From assembly GCA_964057225.1 (NCBI GenBank), contig OZ059894.1, positions 5,952,001-6,016,000 on the forward strand: a DNA stretch of 64,000 nucleotides, given 5' to 3'. The notes below the pieces were generated by a model. The model did no database searches and had not been told where the DNA came from. It saw only the letters and a program-made list of their open reading frames with translations. How positions within the stretch are numbered: the stretch's first letter is position 1; every line of letters begins with the position of its first letter. Positions 39,510 through 54,058 of the stretch are shown here, in pieces. The translations under genes and the position numbers were made by a program. The DNA is from Auanema rhodensis. Lineage: Eukaryota; Animalia; Nematoda.

Positions 39510-40341
39510 CTGAAAATAAAGATTTTTGCAAGAATGTAATATAAAATGAATTAATCTATGTCACGTATTTCCTTCATAAAAACTATAAAAAGAGATAAAG
39601 AAAAGCATATTCTTAGAACAGAATGCAATTATATATAAATAACAATACATATATCTTCTGCAGTTTTACCCAATTCTATCGACCACAATGATCTATAAAA
39701 AATAAAAAAGAACAGATGTCAAAAGTCGGATTAACTAGATCTATGAGGTGATGTCTTGTGCATTGAATACCTAAGAAACGTTGGAGATAAATAGATATCA
39801 AACAAGAGAGAACAATTAGATGACATCGTTAATTAAAACCTGGACATCACTAGAATCTTATAAAAGACAGCTGTCTGAATCTACCAACCTGACGTTCGAT
39901 TGCTCGTCATCTTGTCAAAACGGAGATTGAGCCAAAGGAAATGCTCTCATTTTTTATCTTTTCCTTCATTCTGTTCCGTATTGTCTCGGCACATAACGGG
40001 TTTTTTTTGCCTTTTTTGATGGGAGATAGTAAATTTTAAAAAAATATAATAATGAAATACTAAAAAGAATGTGTATGTCTTGTGATATGATTATTCTGAT
40101 TAACATTCTTAAAATCCAAGAGCCTACAATGTTCAATTAAAAAAACAGAACTCGAGTTGTTTTATATAATTTTATATTTGTAATATACCATATGTATATT
40201 ATTTTGTTTTAATTTAATTCATATAACAGACATTAATTAAACTTATAAAATATATTATTATGAGCTTAATTTTACTATTTACATTAATATATGGACAAGG
40301 AGTATGTAGAACTTCAAAATAGAAACTCATGTAAAATATTA

Positions 40342-40352
40342 AGAGAGAGAGA

Positions 40353-40399
<47 letters not shown>

Positions 40400-40400
40400 G
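40342..40400. repeat. (AG)n microsatellite
   Basis: Seen directly. Confidence 0.95.
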
Positions 40401-43400
40401 AGGAAAGTAACGGTCCATTAGTATAACTTCGGAAGTCTATAATTTCTTCAAATAGAGAAGTGCCTTATGAACTATTGCTATTTCAAACTTTGTGTAATAA
40501 GCGATAGATGTGTAGATAGATATGTATGTATCCAGCTGATCAAATTTCGGTCACAGCTTCTATGATATCTATGAAATCGAAGACAATCCTATTGAAGATT
40601 TAATATATTTCTGACAGAAAATGAATAATTTTGAGAAAACTTCATTTCCTCTACGGCATTGTTGACAATGCTTGGATGTTCGGATAACTGTATTGGTGTT
40701 CATTTGAAATGTTACTTGAAAATCAATATATATAGAAATGATGAATTAGAAAAGAATGTGACAAAGATGGAGATGAAGTTCTGGTATAGAAGATAGAGAA
40801 GCTCCTAACTTTGAGCACGTTTTAAGCCGGAAATCGATTTCGCCTTTCCACCAAAACACAAGTACCTATGGGCCAGTGGGCCTTAGGGGATTAGTGGCTA
40901 TCTTTAAGAACCCTGATTCCATTCTCATCCAATGTGTCTTTTCCCAATCGGCTCACTAAATAAAGAATTAGAAGTAAGTGGATACAGACCAATTTGTTCT
41001 CAAAATTGTTACTTTCTATCAGAAGGAAAGACTTGAAAACTTTTTTTCTTGGAATAGGGATCGGAATCAAAAGAAGCAGAGGAAGATATCAAAGAAACAA
41101 GAGATAAAGACAAAACGATGTTGTATGTATAGTATGTTAACAAGGGGTTGATTGTTGAGTGAAATAGAGATTAAAGATGCTTCAACACTTAAGAATTAAC
41201 AGAAATCAAACAAAAAAAAGTATTTGTCAATGATATAGAATAATCATCATATAACATATGAATAACAAGATCACAATATTCTATTATATTTCATATATAA
41301 TACATAAATAAGCTTGTATACGGAAGATGTACATGTACATATCCATGCATATTGCATTTTTAAAATAAAATTTCAAAGATCTTGAAACATTTACATATGT
41401 TTTATACATTTTCGTCATCATTCTATCAATTTTTGATATTATTGGAGATTTCAGACAACATAATTCATTTCTTACATATATTAGTATTTTGGATATTCAA
41501 ATGATCATTCCAACAGAAGTTTGATTTCAAACATTATTTCAAAGCTAATATCATCATTGACCATAATTTCATATTTCACATATGTAATTTTATTTTTTCC
41601 TAAACTCTTTGATCACTGAGCTTTAAGATGCAAAAATAAGTTGGGGGGAGGGGGACTATATGGCTCATTTTTGAGTGTCTCCATTCTTTCCTAATTATCT
41701 TCCTTTATAAAGTGATCATTGAGTATTTTTCTATATATGATTATAGTTTCATAAATTGTTTAAATAACCTAATTGATTTTTCTTTTAAAACAGTATAAAT
41801 TGCCTATTAACCGTTTTAATTTTTATTGTTTCTTTATAATATAAATAACTTTCTTTGAACTTTTCAAGTTTTTATAGCTAAAACTTTAAAATATATTCTT
41901 TGTATCTTCAATGAGTATTGCAAAAGATAGTATATATTCAATAATTATATTAACAAAAACAAAACTTTAATATGTAATAAAAAAGTTTACAGTCCTACAT
42001 ATGTATAAGAATATTCGTCATTTATTACTTCGTATTCTTAAAGTATATTAAAGATAATTTATATATATATATATACATATATGGATAGATATATCTCAGT
42101 TTTTATCATTTTGTTAAAATTCTATACTATCTGCCCGTTTAATAGTCTAGAATTCGCATATTTTTCATCTCAATTAACAATTAATTTCTCACTTAAATGC
42201 TTGAAAAAAACAATTTCCTTGAATTGTTTGCAGATCGCTAATATTTCAAAATTTCCTTGCTCAAAACATAATTCAGTTTTTCTAAAAAATAATTAATGTA
42301 AAATGAAGTTTCACTCATTAATCATAGATAATTACATATATAAGAAAATGAATTTAGCTTCATAAAACTATAGCTTCTAGTGTGACAGACAAATCTTTGA
42401 GCTACAAGATCAAACAGTTACAATAATTTTTGACCATGAAAACTTCAAAGTTAGATCTTTGTTTCTATTTTTGTAAAAAAAATGGTGAAAAAATTTTTTT
42501 CTATTCTTTATAAATGTTTTTTTCCAGCTTAAACTGTGCTATACCTCAAAAGTTTAATCAGATCTTTGTAGTATTAGAAAATGTATCTAGATACATACAA
42601 AAATATATTAATATATATCCTTTTTACAAAAAAAATAAACGATTTGCTACGTGTTAGATTTCACTACAGCATCCAAACCACATGCTGGTTAAAATTAGTT
42701 TTTTTTTCCCCAAGAATTCTATTTCACACTTCCCTGTCTGAATAGAAGTTTGAGAAAGTATTTATTTCCTAAAACACTATTTCGTGTCAAATGTTCAGCA
42801 CTTTTTGTATTTTTTAAATTTTTACTTATATCTCTCTCTATCTTTCTCTCTCTTTTTGCATTCCCCTTCTTTTTTCTTTTCTCTCTCTAAGTACCGAAGT
42901 ATAACAAATTGTTCTTCAATGAACTTTTTGAGTAAAATTATCATATTTCATATATATCTAGTACTGAATAATCAATCTAGTTTTCAATATTTATTGAATA
43001 ATTTCTAAACTTGATTATTTTTTTATTTTCAAATAAAACCTTAACACAAAGCAGGCTGATCCATAGGATAATTTGTTACCTGATCCAATGCAATGAGTAG
43101 TTAAGCCCAAATCATTATTTTCTTTAATTAATTTTAGGCGTGCCAGAGGAAAAAAAGCTTTAAAGTATATTACATCTAAACATTGATCATTTATTTTCTT
43201 TATCGGCATTTAACACCGTGTTCCAAATAATTTTCTGATACTAAGAAAGACACTTAATTCCATCTCTATTCCGTTCTTGTTACTTTCCCCCTGCTTTCAC
43301 CTCTTAGTATTTTTTCTTCTCTCTATAACACCTTCTGGAATAGCTATCAAATAACTATTTATCTATTCTCACAGCTGTTTTCTTCCCATATTTCCACAAA

Positions 43401-43927
43401 CCATATTCTTTAAACCATGCTTGCAACTTTAACTTGCACCTCAACCTTACACTCCCTTATTATTTGACTGCCAATATGTTTGTAAGTCTACATGTAGTTT
43501 CATCCAACATGTCATATATTTATGATTAAGTTTAAGTACAGACTTCTAAAACTTGTTTAAGATTTACGTACTTCTATCATAAAGAAACAAGTATTTAACA
43601 GACTTTCAATAAATTGTCTGACAATATAATTGTTTCTATTTGTGAATTTAATAAACGGCAATGCCATCAACATTATCATTTTATTTCATTTTTTAATTTT
43701 AGTTATTCCGCTTGCACATAATTAATAACATTCTTAAAAACTAAAAAAATGTTTAATATACTTATTAAACAACAAAAATGAGGAAGAAATACGTATGTTG
43801 AAGTGGTAAATCTTATTTCTTGTATAAAAAATATTTTTGCAGCTCACAATACATGTAAATGTACATATGTATATCTACATATCTTGGCACACATACTCAC
43901 TTACTCGCACACACATACATTTATATG

Positions 43928-43965
43928 TAGATAGATAGATAGATAGATAGATATAGAGATAGATA
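43928..43965. repeat. (ATAG)n tetranucleotide repeat
   Basis: agatagatagatagatagatagat... seen directly. Confidence 0.85.
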
Positions 43966-46900
43966 GCTATACATTCAAAAAAAACTTTTAAATTAGTTTT
44001 ATTTACTATCAACGGAATTTACTTAATGATCTAATATTTAGTAGCTCAAAGAACGTAGACGATAGACAGATAGACGTTCATCATCCACATTTTCATCATC
44101 ATCATCATCTTCCCATCTAGACTTTCTGGCCAAAGAACAATGCTTCATTATTTTTAAATTTACCATGTGAAATAAGATAAAAAGAAAAAAGCTTTCGAGA
44201 TCGAGCAGCCACACTAATTCCGGATTATGTTTTTCTCATTAAGGCTGACCTTACTCATCTTTTTTTGGAAGACGTAATAGCTTTGTCATTTTCTATTTCT
44301 TCTCGATTTGTTATACACATTATTTGTATTTTTGAAACCATTTTCTTTTTTTACAATATTCATAAGATTTTTTGCTTAATTTTAATTTTTTATAAATTTA
44401 TGAAAATGTAAAGAAAAATATTGTGTCATCAACTTCCACTGTATCGAGTCAAACTATGTTTGATAGATTATCTCACATTTGTCTCAATTCTTTTAACAAT
44501 ATGAATATAATGATAAAAATGCATTTATCTAACTATATGATTATTTTCATTTTAATATTATATACATAAATATATTTATATATATATAGAAATGATCTTA
44601 TACATACATAGATACATGTATGAATAGATGTAGTATAATAGAAAACTGATTGATAGCTATCTAATTACAAAATTACCTATTTTTCTTCCAATAAATCTTT
44701 TTTGCTTACTATCCACTCACCTTACAGCCATTCTCTTTCTCATTCTCTTTTTCTTCTTCTGGTATGCAGCTCGTCGTTACATTTGTTCAGCTTTGCAGCT
44801 TCCACTGATTAAGTAGCAAAGCAAGGAGCTTACCGCTTGCTTTGCTACCATTTACAAGCTCGTTTACTTCTTACTTCCGTACATTTTTTGTTTTTCCTTA
44901 TTATTTTGCAATGAAAATGACCTAAAACTGCATATGTCTTATAGATAACAAAGCGTATATTCCATGTTTGTAATTACCTACGTATTTTTCCATTTCCTTA
45001 TACTTATGAAATTATGAAAGTAAATTTCACGTTCACCTGACTTTCAATTCTTTTCTTATCTGAACTTCAGAAAGCATTTGTCTCTGAAATTTCAAATGTC
45101 ATATACTCATTCACAACTGTCAGTTTTTCATGTAAATTGTCAAACAAATATTCAATATATTCTTGATTGAAACTAAGAAGTGTACACATAGTTCATAGTC
45201 ATTATAACCTATTATGATTATTCAAACACTTTTTTCTCCAATTTGTTTTAGATTGAAAGCCATCTACTTTGTCTTATTCTCTTTCTGTAAATAAGAAATC
45301 TTTCAGCTTGCTCCTCGTGATTATGTATTCACATATGAAACTACACCAAATTCTCTGTTATTTCTTCTTTATATTTATTCTTTTACCTGACTATTACAAA
45401 CTTTTTCTGAACATTCAGCTTCCAAGTTTTTTACTTCCGTGATATTTTAAACTTTTCAAATGGTCATCAATGATTTTTCAGTCCCCACCTTTGTTTAAAA
45501 TTTTTGAATGCAGAACATTTTACTATATAACCCCCATTAAGAACGTGAATCGATTAGCTAAGAAAAAACTTTAAAGAATTGTTGGTTTTTTGTGAAGAAA
45601 AGATGAAAATAAACGAATTATACTGAAACCAGCGCAAAAATAAATTCTCTAACGTTTTTATTAATTTATAATAGTATATGGTTCAAAAAATATCAAAAAA
45701 AGAAAAACAGGATAACAGCATGATAAAGTCATTTTTTCTTTTTTTCTATATGATGTCTTCTTTTTTTCTCGACACAACAAGATGTACAAAACTTTAAATT
45801 TAATAATAGCATGATAACATATTTTTCTTTTCGATGACATTCATACATACATGTATATGTGTATGTAAGTGCTTGAGGGTGTTTTAATTGCCAGAATTAA
45901 TATAAATCTTTGAGATGTTCGTTTATTCTTGGAACAACTATAGTTCTTTTGTTTTTATTATTATTCTAAAAACAGCATCAATGATATAGTATTCAGTGAA
46001 TGTTTCAAAATAGAAATATTTAATATCTAAATATAAATATGAAATTTTTTTTTGAAATCATATGATCAGTCATTGACCAACTTAAGCATTATAAATTTAA
46101 AAAGTTAGTTGCAAAAATATAAATTTTTAATGAAATAATATGAACTGTTTCCAATATTTTATAAATGAAAAGAACAATAGATTTACGTCATAATAGAGTT
46201 TCAAATAAGGAAATCTACAGAAAAGCTATGTTTCTATGAAAGTAATATTAATTCCATTTTTATGAGAACATATTGCTCTCATAATCCTTAAAATCAGATA
46301 TTTTTAATAAATTAGGAGAAAATGTGGATTCCTATTGCTTACATTGAGATATAAAGATCTGATGTTACATTAGAGTTCACTAATGTTCAATGAATTCAAC
46401 TAATAATTGTTTTTCTTACTTCAAAAATTATTTCAATATACTCTGTAACATTAGCCACGCATTCATCAAAAGAAACCAAAAAAACGTTTGATTAAAAATG
46501 ATTTTACTTCCTCTTTCAGTAATCTTAGTTGCAGTTTTCAAAATGAATATGAAAATGGATGATATTTACTTTAGGAATTTATTCTTATTTCTCCTTTTAT
46601 ATCTCTAGCGAGAACATTGACGTTGTGCCCAAAGCAGTTGAGAAATCCAGCAAATGCTTAAATCAAATTGCCTGTTGGCTGGCATTCGTAAGCTTCGTTT
46701 TTCATTGAAAATCCTGAGAATGAGGACAAGTTTTAGTAGACCTAACTTTACTCAACTTTGAGAACATAATGAGTAGGGAAGTTACATTAAAAATTCTTCT
46801 CCTTCTCGCCTCCCCTCTCTCACCTCTTCGTACTCCCCTTTCACACATCATTGTCGGAAATTAGTAATATGTTTCTTAGATGAATATGAATTTTTTTTTA

Positions 46901-48387
46901 TAAAAATTGATTACTATTTTACTTTGATGTCTAATAATATCAATTTAAACATCGTATCTCTGTTGTAGTTAAATTTTAAAATTATTAAATATTTCTATTG
47001 TAAGCAAAAACAATTTTTTTTGATTAAATAAGAAACCATACTATATAGCGGAAAATCCGTTATCTTAATTCCTTTTTATTCTCATCATCTTGAATAACTT
47101 TCAACTGAAATATAAAAATTCTAAAAAATGAAGGATAAAACTATTTTTTGATAAATTTTGTTTCGATTGTTGTCTATTTAACACTAATCAATTTTTTGTT
47201 AATATACTAATTTAAGGCAGAAAAGGTATTTTTTGAATCTTAAATCTCAAAGCTTAAAACGATTCAAATTTTTTTCTTTTCTCTTGTCTTAACTCTATTC
47301 ACGCTTAATCTGATTAAAGTTCTCTCTAAAATACATATATCTTTTTTCTTTCCCTCCTTAAAAAGTGCAAGATTACTGAATATTTTTTGAAAGTTTTCTA
47401 GAAAACTGAATATTTCTTAATTTCTCGAATTGTTTCAAACATCATGTCGAATATTGTGTTTTGAAGTTGGAAACCTAGACTTCCACTAGTAATCATTTTT
47501 TGAAACATCTGACAAGACCTTATTCATACCCAAGTTTAACCTTTATTTTTCTACTGTGAATTGCAAAATTGTGTCAAAGTTCTAGACACATCAGTTTATC
47601 GTCAATTCTCAAATGTTGTACTTTTTCTAACAATATTACTAAAAGAAAAAAGCTTTAAAATTCAGTAAACTTTTGTTTAGTGAACATTATAGAAGATTCG
47701 TCTAAGATATTCTATCAACTAGTCTGTCTATGATGTGCATATATCAATCATATATTAATCCAAATATATGTACATATGAATCTATGTATATCTATATACA
47801 TATAATACGTAATCAAAGTTAAAAGAATATGTTGCTTTATCAAAAATGCTGAATTTCCTATTTCAATTTACATCTAGCAACGAAGATCACAACTCTTAAA
47901 GGTTTACTACAATTTGATAGTGATGTGTGTACATCGATGTTAGATTGAAGCCAACATCATTTTTGGAAATGAAAAATTAGTAAAAACTAAAAACAAATCA
48001 CGAAAACTATATAACTGATGATATAATAAAAAAGATAAATTCTTTTTAACCAATTAAGATATATATACACTGAATATTAAAATCCACTTTGTCTTTCAAT
48101 TGCTTTTTGCAAGTTTTCCTTTAATTCTGTTCATGATGATCTATTGAAAAGTTTTCTATGAATTAATATGATATTGTATAGATTCGTCACTCACTCACTC
48201 ATTGATAAGATTTCAAATTATTAATATATTTCATAGTATATTTATAAACTATTTCAGTTTATTTTATCAAATTAACCATGTATGTATTACTTTCTTTCAC
48301 TCCAATATATATTTTTTTTCCTAATATATTCGATTTCAGTGTCTGTTAGTTTACGAAATTTCGAACCACTTCTTCATAATCAGGGAC

Positions 48388-50587
48388 ATGTCTATGAATG
48401 TTCCGAACTTGAGCTTAATCCTTGACGTACAAGAAGATTATGACGATCTAGCGACATTCTACAGGAATCAGTCTTCCGTTGGATCATCATCCGGAACTGA
48501 GCTTATTTCTAGAAGACACTGGCATTATCTGTTTGTTTCAATTGCCGTATGTGGTATTTTAGCAAATGCTTCACTGTTTTGGCGTCGAAAATCCTCGTAA
48601 GTTGCAGAAAAAAAGTTTGAATCATATGATTAGGATATGACGATTATATAATTTTTTGTCATTGAATTTTTTTCCTTTTCAAACTACTAATAGAAACGAA
48701 ATAAGATTTCCTCACTTGTAAGCAGATTTTTGAATCCTTCCACTATAATACAATCTTAAAATACTTTGAAAGAGACATAAAATGTTAATGTTTGAAAGAT
48801 TCATACCATGTGATTCACAAACTCATCAGAGAATTAATTTTATCCTTCGTAAGCATGAACTATTCTTTTGTTTATCTTGTTTGATAGAGAAAAGAAGAGA
48901 AAGAGCATAAGTGAAAAATGCATATAATAAGATAATCCAATGAGTTCAACAAGGAAAACATAATAAACATAAGTATAACTTATTTAGCAAGATGTTCAAT
49001 ATTTTCTTCAAAAAGTTTCTACGAACGCTTAAAGAAGGAAGAATTTTTTTGTTTTAATTTCTAAATTTTCTACAAAAGAAAAAATAAATGGCAAAGATTA
49101 GAACATCACAATTTCAGAAAACGATCATCATCTACAACAAAAAGTTCATTATTCTTGCTGACCACAATGGCTGCAGCTGATACAATTTGTCTGATTTCGT
49201 TACTTTTCATGCTAACATTGAGATATTTTCAAATCAATGATGTAGGAATTGTCAACTTAGTATGCAAAGTATGATTTTCTCATATATTTCAAGTTGATAA
49301 TGTATTTTAAAGATCGATTTGTTCCTTATACATGCCACAAGTGCTTTTTCAATTTGGTGTTGGCTTGTTTTGTCAGCCGTTCGCTATGTGGCTGTATATC
49401 GACCATATACTCATCTACGTTTGAATAAAGAACCAAGATTAGCAGTGGTTAGTTATAATGTGTATCAGAGTAATAGAGATGCCATTCAATTTTTCTAGAT
49501 TATTCTAGCAATTTTCTGTTGTTTAATGGAATTTTGGGTTTTATTTGATATTCAATATCACCCAGAAGCACAAGGTAACAAATTAAAATATATTTATTTG
49601 AAAAGAAGAAAGATTCAAAGAAGCCTAACAAAGCCAGTATTAATCATGATGTTACAGCTTGTATGAGTAGTTCTGATGAATGGTTGAGCAGAAATCTACA
49701 AATATCGGAAATTACGGCATCATATTTCTTGCCTGTCGCTATTTTGACGGTTTTAGATATGAAGGTATTATGAGAAAATTTAATCTGAGAGCTCATTCAA
49801 ATTCTTTTTTTAGGTTTTGGTTTGTAGGCCTCTTTACCATGTAAAGTCAATCAAAAATTTTGAAAGCTCAACAACAGTTCACACTACTACTAAGGCTGTT
49901 CCAGAAGATGCTAAACCCATGTCTCATCTCGAAATAACGTCACAAAATTCTTTGGGAGGTTCTGAAGGCATGTTTATAACAGCAAAATAATAAACTCTCA
50001 ACAATTTAATTCTAGGCTTATCACGCGCAATTTTTGAATCAAGTAAGCTTTTAGGTGATACATCAAAGTTGGGTTCATTTGATAGTGCTACGTTTAAACG
50101 AGTCAAGTAAGAATATCAGAAAGAAAAAAAAGGAGAAAAGTAATTCCAGATCGAAAAAGCGAACGCAACAGATGAAAGTATTACGCCGTTGCTTATGTAT
50201 AACGATTTTGGATCTAAGTATGAACCTACCAAGTTATTTACTTCGGTTATATCTTACTGTTATCACGGAAGATGAATTTCGTAATTTGAATGAGACTATC
50301 ATGCACTATCTTGAATCCATTGCTCAAGTTCTCTATTTTGCACAGTTTGCCTTAAATGGCTTGTATTTAGCTTTCATTATCTATGATACTCCAAAACAGA
50401 AAGATAAAGTAAGATTCAAACTTTTTTTAAATAATAATAATTGTTTTCAATTTAGGTTCCATTGAGTACTCAAATAAGTGCTGCTTATCATTCATTAAGC
50501 CCCCGAACTGCTTCTGTCAAATCCTCAAATAATCTCCGTCGATCATTCCGTTCAAGAGAGCGTGAAAGCGAAGTGCTGATGGTTTAA
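48388..50587 (+). CDS. Orphan rhodopsin-family (class A) GPCR, peptide-receptor-like
   Basis: Seven TM segments across exons: GILAN (TM1), MAAADT (TM2), CKIDLFLIHATSAFSIWCWLVLSAVRYVAVYRP (TM3, DRY replaced by VRY), YFLP (TM5), MNLPSY (TM6), QFALNGLYL (TM7). It ends ...ESEVLMV*. A TTTCAG acceptor lies at 48334-48339. Confidence 0.85.
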
Positions 50588-50783
50588 AATTATATTTTTT
50601 GATCTATGTTTGTTAAAATATCATTTAACTCGCTCATACTTATGATATTAATTAAACAAAAAATGTTTCAAATCATCTTGATTGTCGTTTTCATCAAATG
50701 CAATCGTGTCTTTACTATCGGGTTTATTATATTTTATAGTTATATTCAACTATATATATTATACCATTTTGTATATACAAAGT

Positions 50784-52745
50784 TTAAAGATAATTATTAT
50801 TTAAATATTCCGCTATAACATGATGAAATATTCTAAGATTATCATTGAAACCATTATTGCTTAGAATGTGAAATAGAAGTTTCTCAACGCCAATTACAAA
50901 GAAATGTCCTGAAGCACCCAAATAAATTGATAATGGTAGTGCTGGTGTAGTATCAGAATCTGGAAAGTTTATTTTTCTTAGATAAGCATAAAATATTAAA
51001 TTCATACTATCTGATGCATAGCATAATGTACAAGATAATCCAACTATAATTCCAATACAAGTAGTTAATGTAGCCAATATACTTCCTACAAAAAGTGAAA
51101 ATGAATCAAATTCTTGAATAAAATATTTTAAATATCATACCACTTGTTGCAGATGTTCCAACAAGTACACCATAAAATACGTAATCACCAACTCCAAGAC
51201 GTTGTGAACCTTAAAATTATAATATAGAACATCATTCATTTTTCCAATAGATGCCTTCAACTCACAACTTACCATCATTTAAAGCTTCTGCTGCAGTTCG
51301 ATAACGAACGGTGTTTGATTCTTCTGATTTTCTTTGTTACTACGATCACTGTTTTTAAAAATTTACCATTACAGTCTAATCGCTTCTTTTCAGGATATAT
51401 AAGCTGATTGACTTCGTTTTCATTGGAAGCCATCTCATCATCTAGTATATCTTCCTCCCACTCTTTCCCATGTTTCGTCATTGTCTTGAAATTCATTTGT
51501 TCCATATTCACAGATTTTCTTTGTTCATCAGAAGCATTCATTTCCATATGCTCTATATTGATATATGGTTGCTCTTCAGTTTCTTCAGAAGATTCAGATG
51601 CATACATAAGTATTCGAATATGCTGAATTTTTTTCAAAATAATTTAAGGAAAAGATTCATGTTAACCTAACATCATCACTGTAATCTTCAGCTTTATGTT
51701 GCAACAGATGAAGTGGGCCAAATGATGACCATACAGCAAACATATCTATAATATAACTATATATTATAATTCTTAATAGCAATATGTTATGCTAATCATT
51801 AATTATTACCCCACACTGGTACTAGAAACAGAAGAAACCAAGAAGCATACGTAGGAGTTGATCTGAAATCATACAGAACATAATAAAACAGAGAAACAAA
51901 GCTAGAGAAATGAAAGTATTATCATTTCATAGATAATATTCGATCAAAGCAAATATCAATTAAAATTTACCTTAAATATATAATTGATACTAGAGAAGCA
52001 TTACATAAAATATAAAACTGTAATACATAATTTGGTAATATGCGTGTAAAGTATGCCTTAATTATATAATATGCAATTATTCAACTTAAATTTGACTAAC
52101 ACAACTACCAATACATCCATATATGGAAGTAAATATGGTAACTATATGACTAATATAACTTGAATTGGATATATTTGTAAGCATCATGATATCACTTAAA
52201 TAAATAAAAATATAAATAAATAATATTTAACTTACTAAATAAGATTTCCTGACGATCCGAAGAGAATAAGAACCGATCCAGAATATAACCAGAAATTTAT
52301 AACTTTTCGAAAATTCAAGTAAACAAGAATTACAACAATAATGGCACCAATAATTATACTCAAAAGGGCACGCAATCCGGATATCTATAAGATTATTTGA
52401 ATTATTAAAAGAAATGCAAAAACCCTATCATACAGAAGCATCGATTACATTATAATCATTTTCTTTATTTGAATCAAAAAACATTGAATTGATTAATCGT
52501 TTATCTGTTTCCATTGAATATACCTTAAATATTTAAATTTAAATTATAATAAAAATCTTAGAAAACGAACAAAAATCCATATTGTTAAAGTTAAAAATAA
52601 ATTGAATAATACTGATAGAATTATTCCATTAATCTAAAATATTAATATTAATTATATTTTAATTATTTAATTAAAAAAACAATCAAACCTTTAGTTTTTG
52701 AAATTTAGCAATTAAATTGTAACACAGTTTCAAACGTAGCATCAT
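50784..52745 (-). CDS. spe-4: Divergent sperm-type presenilin SPE-4
   Basis: The spliced product has VWDMFAVWSSFGPL (catalytic Asp 1, with WD as in SPE-4), KAEDYS, a long acidic loop, RTAAEALNDG, RLGVGDYVFY (GxGD) and TTPALP. The N-terminal LTLTIWIFVYSME also matches recalled SPE-4. Confidence 0.88.
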
Positions 52746-54058
52746 GGTGTATTCATGAGATATTAACAGATTACGTGATGATTACGTGAAAATTAGCATA
52801 CTCGTCTTTGAATTCAAATGGCTTGATTGGTCTATTTACGACTTCAAATTAGCATTATCACTATAAATCGTTTATAAAAAACATTTTTTTGGTTAATTAA
52901 AAAAAAAAACAAAAAAAAATATTAAAATAATTATAATATTATATTTTACTATTTATAGTTAACTTATGTATTATTTTAAAATGATATTCAACATGTAAAC
53001 TAAAAAATTAAGTTCAACAATACTCCCTAAGCTTTTACTTCACATATTTCAGCCTTTTTTTGAATATTATTTAAAAACTTTTGAAGCCTATAATTTTGTT
53101 CTTCACGGTTTCAATTATTTACAAATTGAAATATTCACACATTGTTGTGACGATATTGTATTCTCAAAAAAAAATAAATCTTCACGACTTTATGTTGAGA
53201 ATAATATAAAAATTTGCAATATTTGTAATATTTGCTATACCCAATAACATGGCCTCAATAAAAAATCCAAGAAAAATAATTTATTTTTCAATCTGAAGGG
53301 TGAAACCAAATAGATGCCCTAAGAATGATTTTGATGACAATATAATGATTATATGAAGATAATTATTAAATATTTATGAAAATGAGAATATATATATATA
53401 CTATATACTATATATAAATAAAAAAATATATATATATTATATACCGTAACTTTGATGATTGTATAATATTATACATATATGCATAATGTTCGTAAACTTT
53501 ATATTAATTTCATAGTAGCATGTATAAAACTTTAAAAAATCATTGAATTAACATATTTTATTATTAAAGTATACGAGAAAAAGTATAGACACAACATGAT
53601 CTTCAAAGAACAATACACAATATTCATAGATTTTGAGATGATTATAAGTAAAAGAATTCATGAAACAAAGGCACCTGTGTAAAAGTAGAAGAAAAGGAAA
53701 AAAACTGATAACATAAATTATGATTAACATAATTATAAATATAAATAAAAAATATTTTGCTTTCAATATTATTTAATATATTTATATGTATATAATACTA
53801 CTGCTTATTATTGCTAGTTCTAGTTTTATTAGAACAATGTTTCCTAATAACTTGTATAAGTTTTCCTGTTATTCGTTGTTCTGATAATTTCCGGGTAACA
53901 GAGTACTTTGTCTTAGAAGATCGCTTTTTATTTCAAAAATCTTTTCTTTTGTTATTTACAAAACAAAATGATTTTTGTATGAAAGTAAGACAGCAGATGC
54001 TATGAAGCTTTGGTTATAATATTCTTTTAAAAAAAAGTTATTTTGACTCTGCTGTTTC

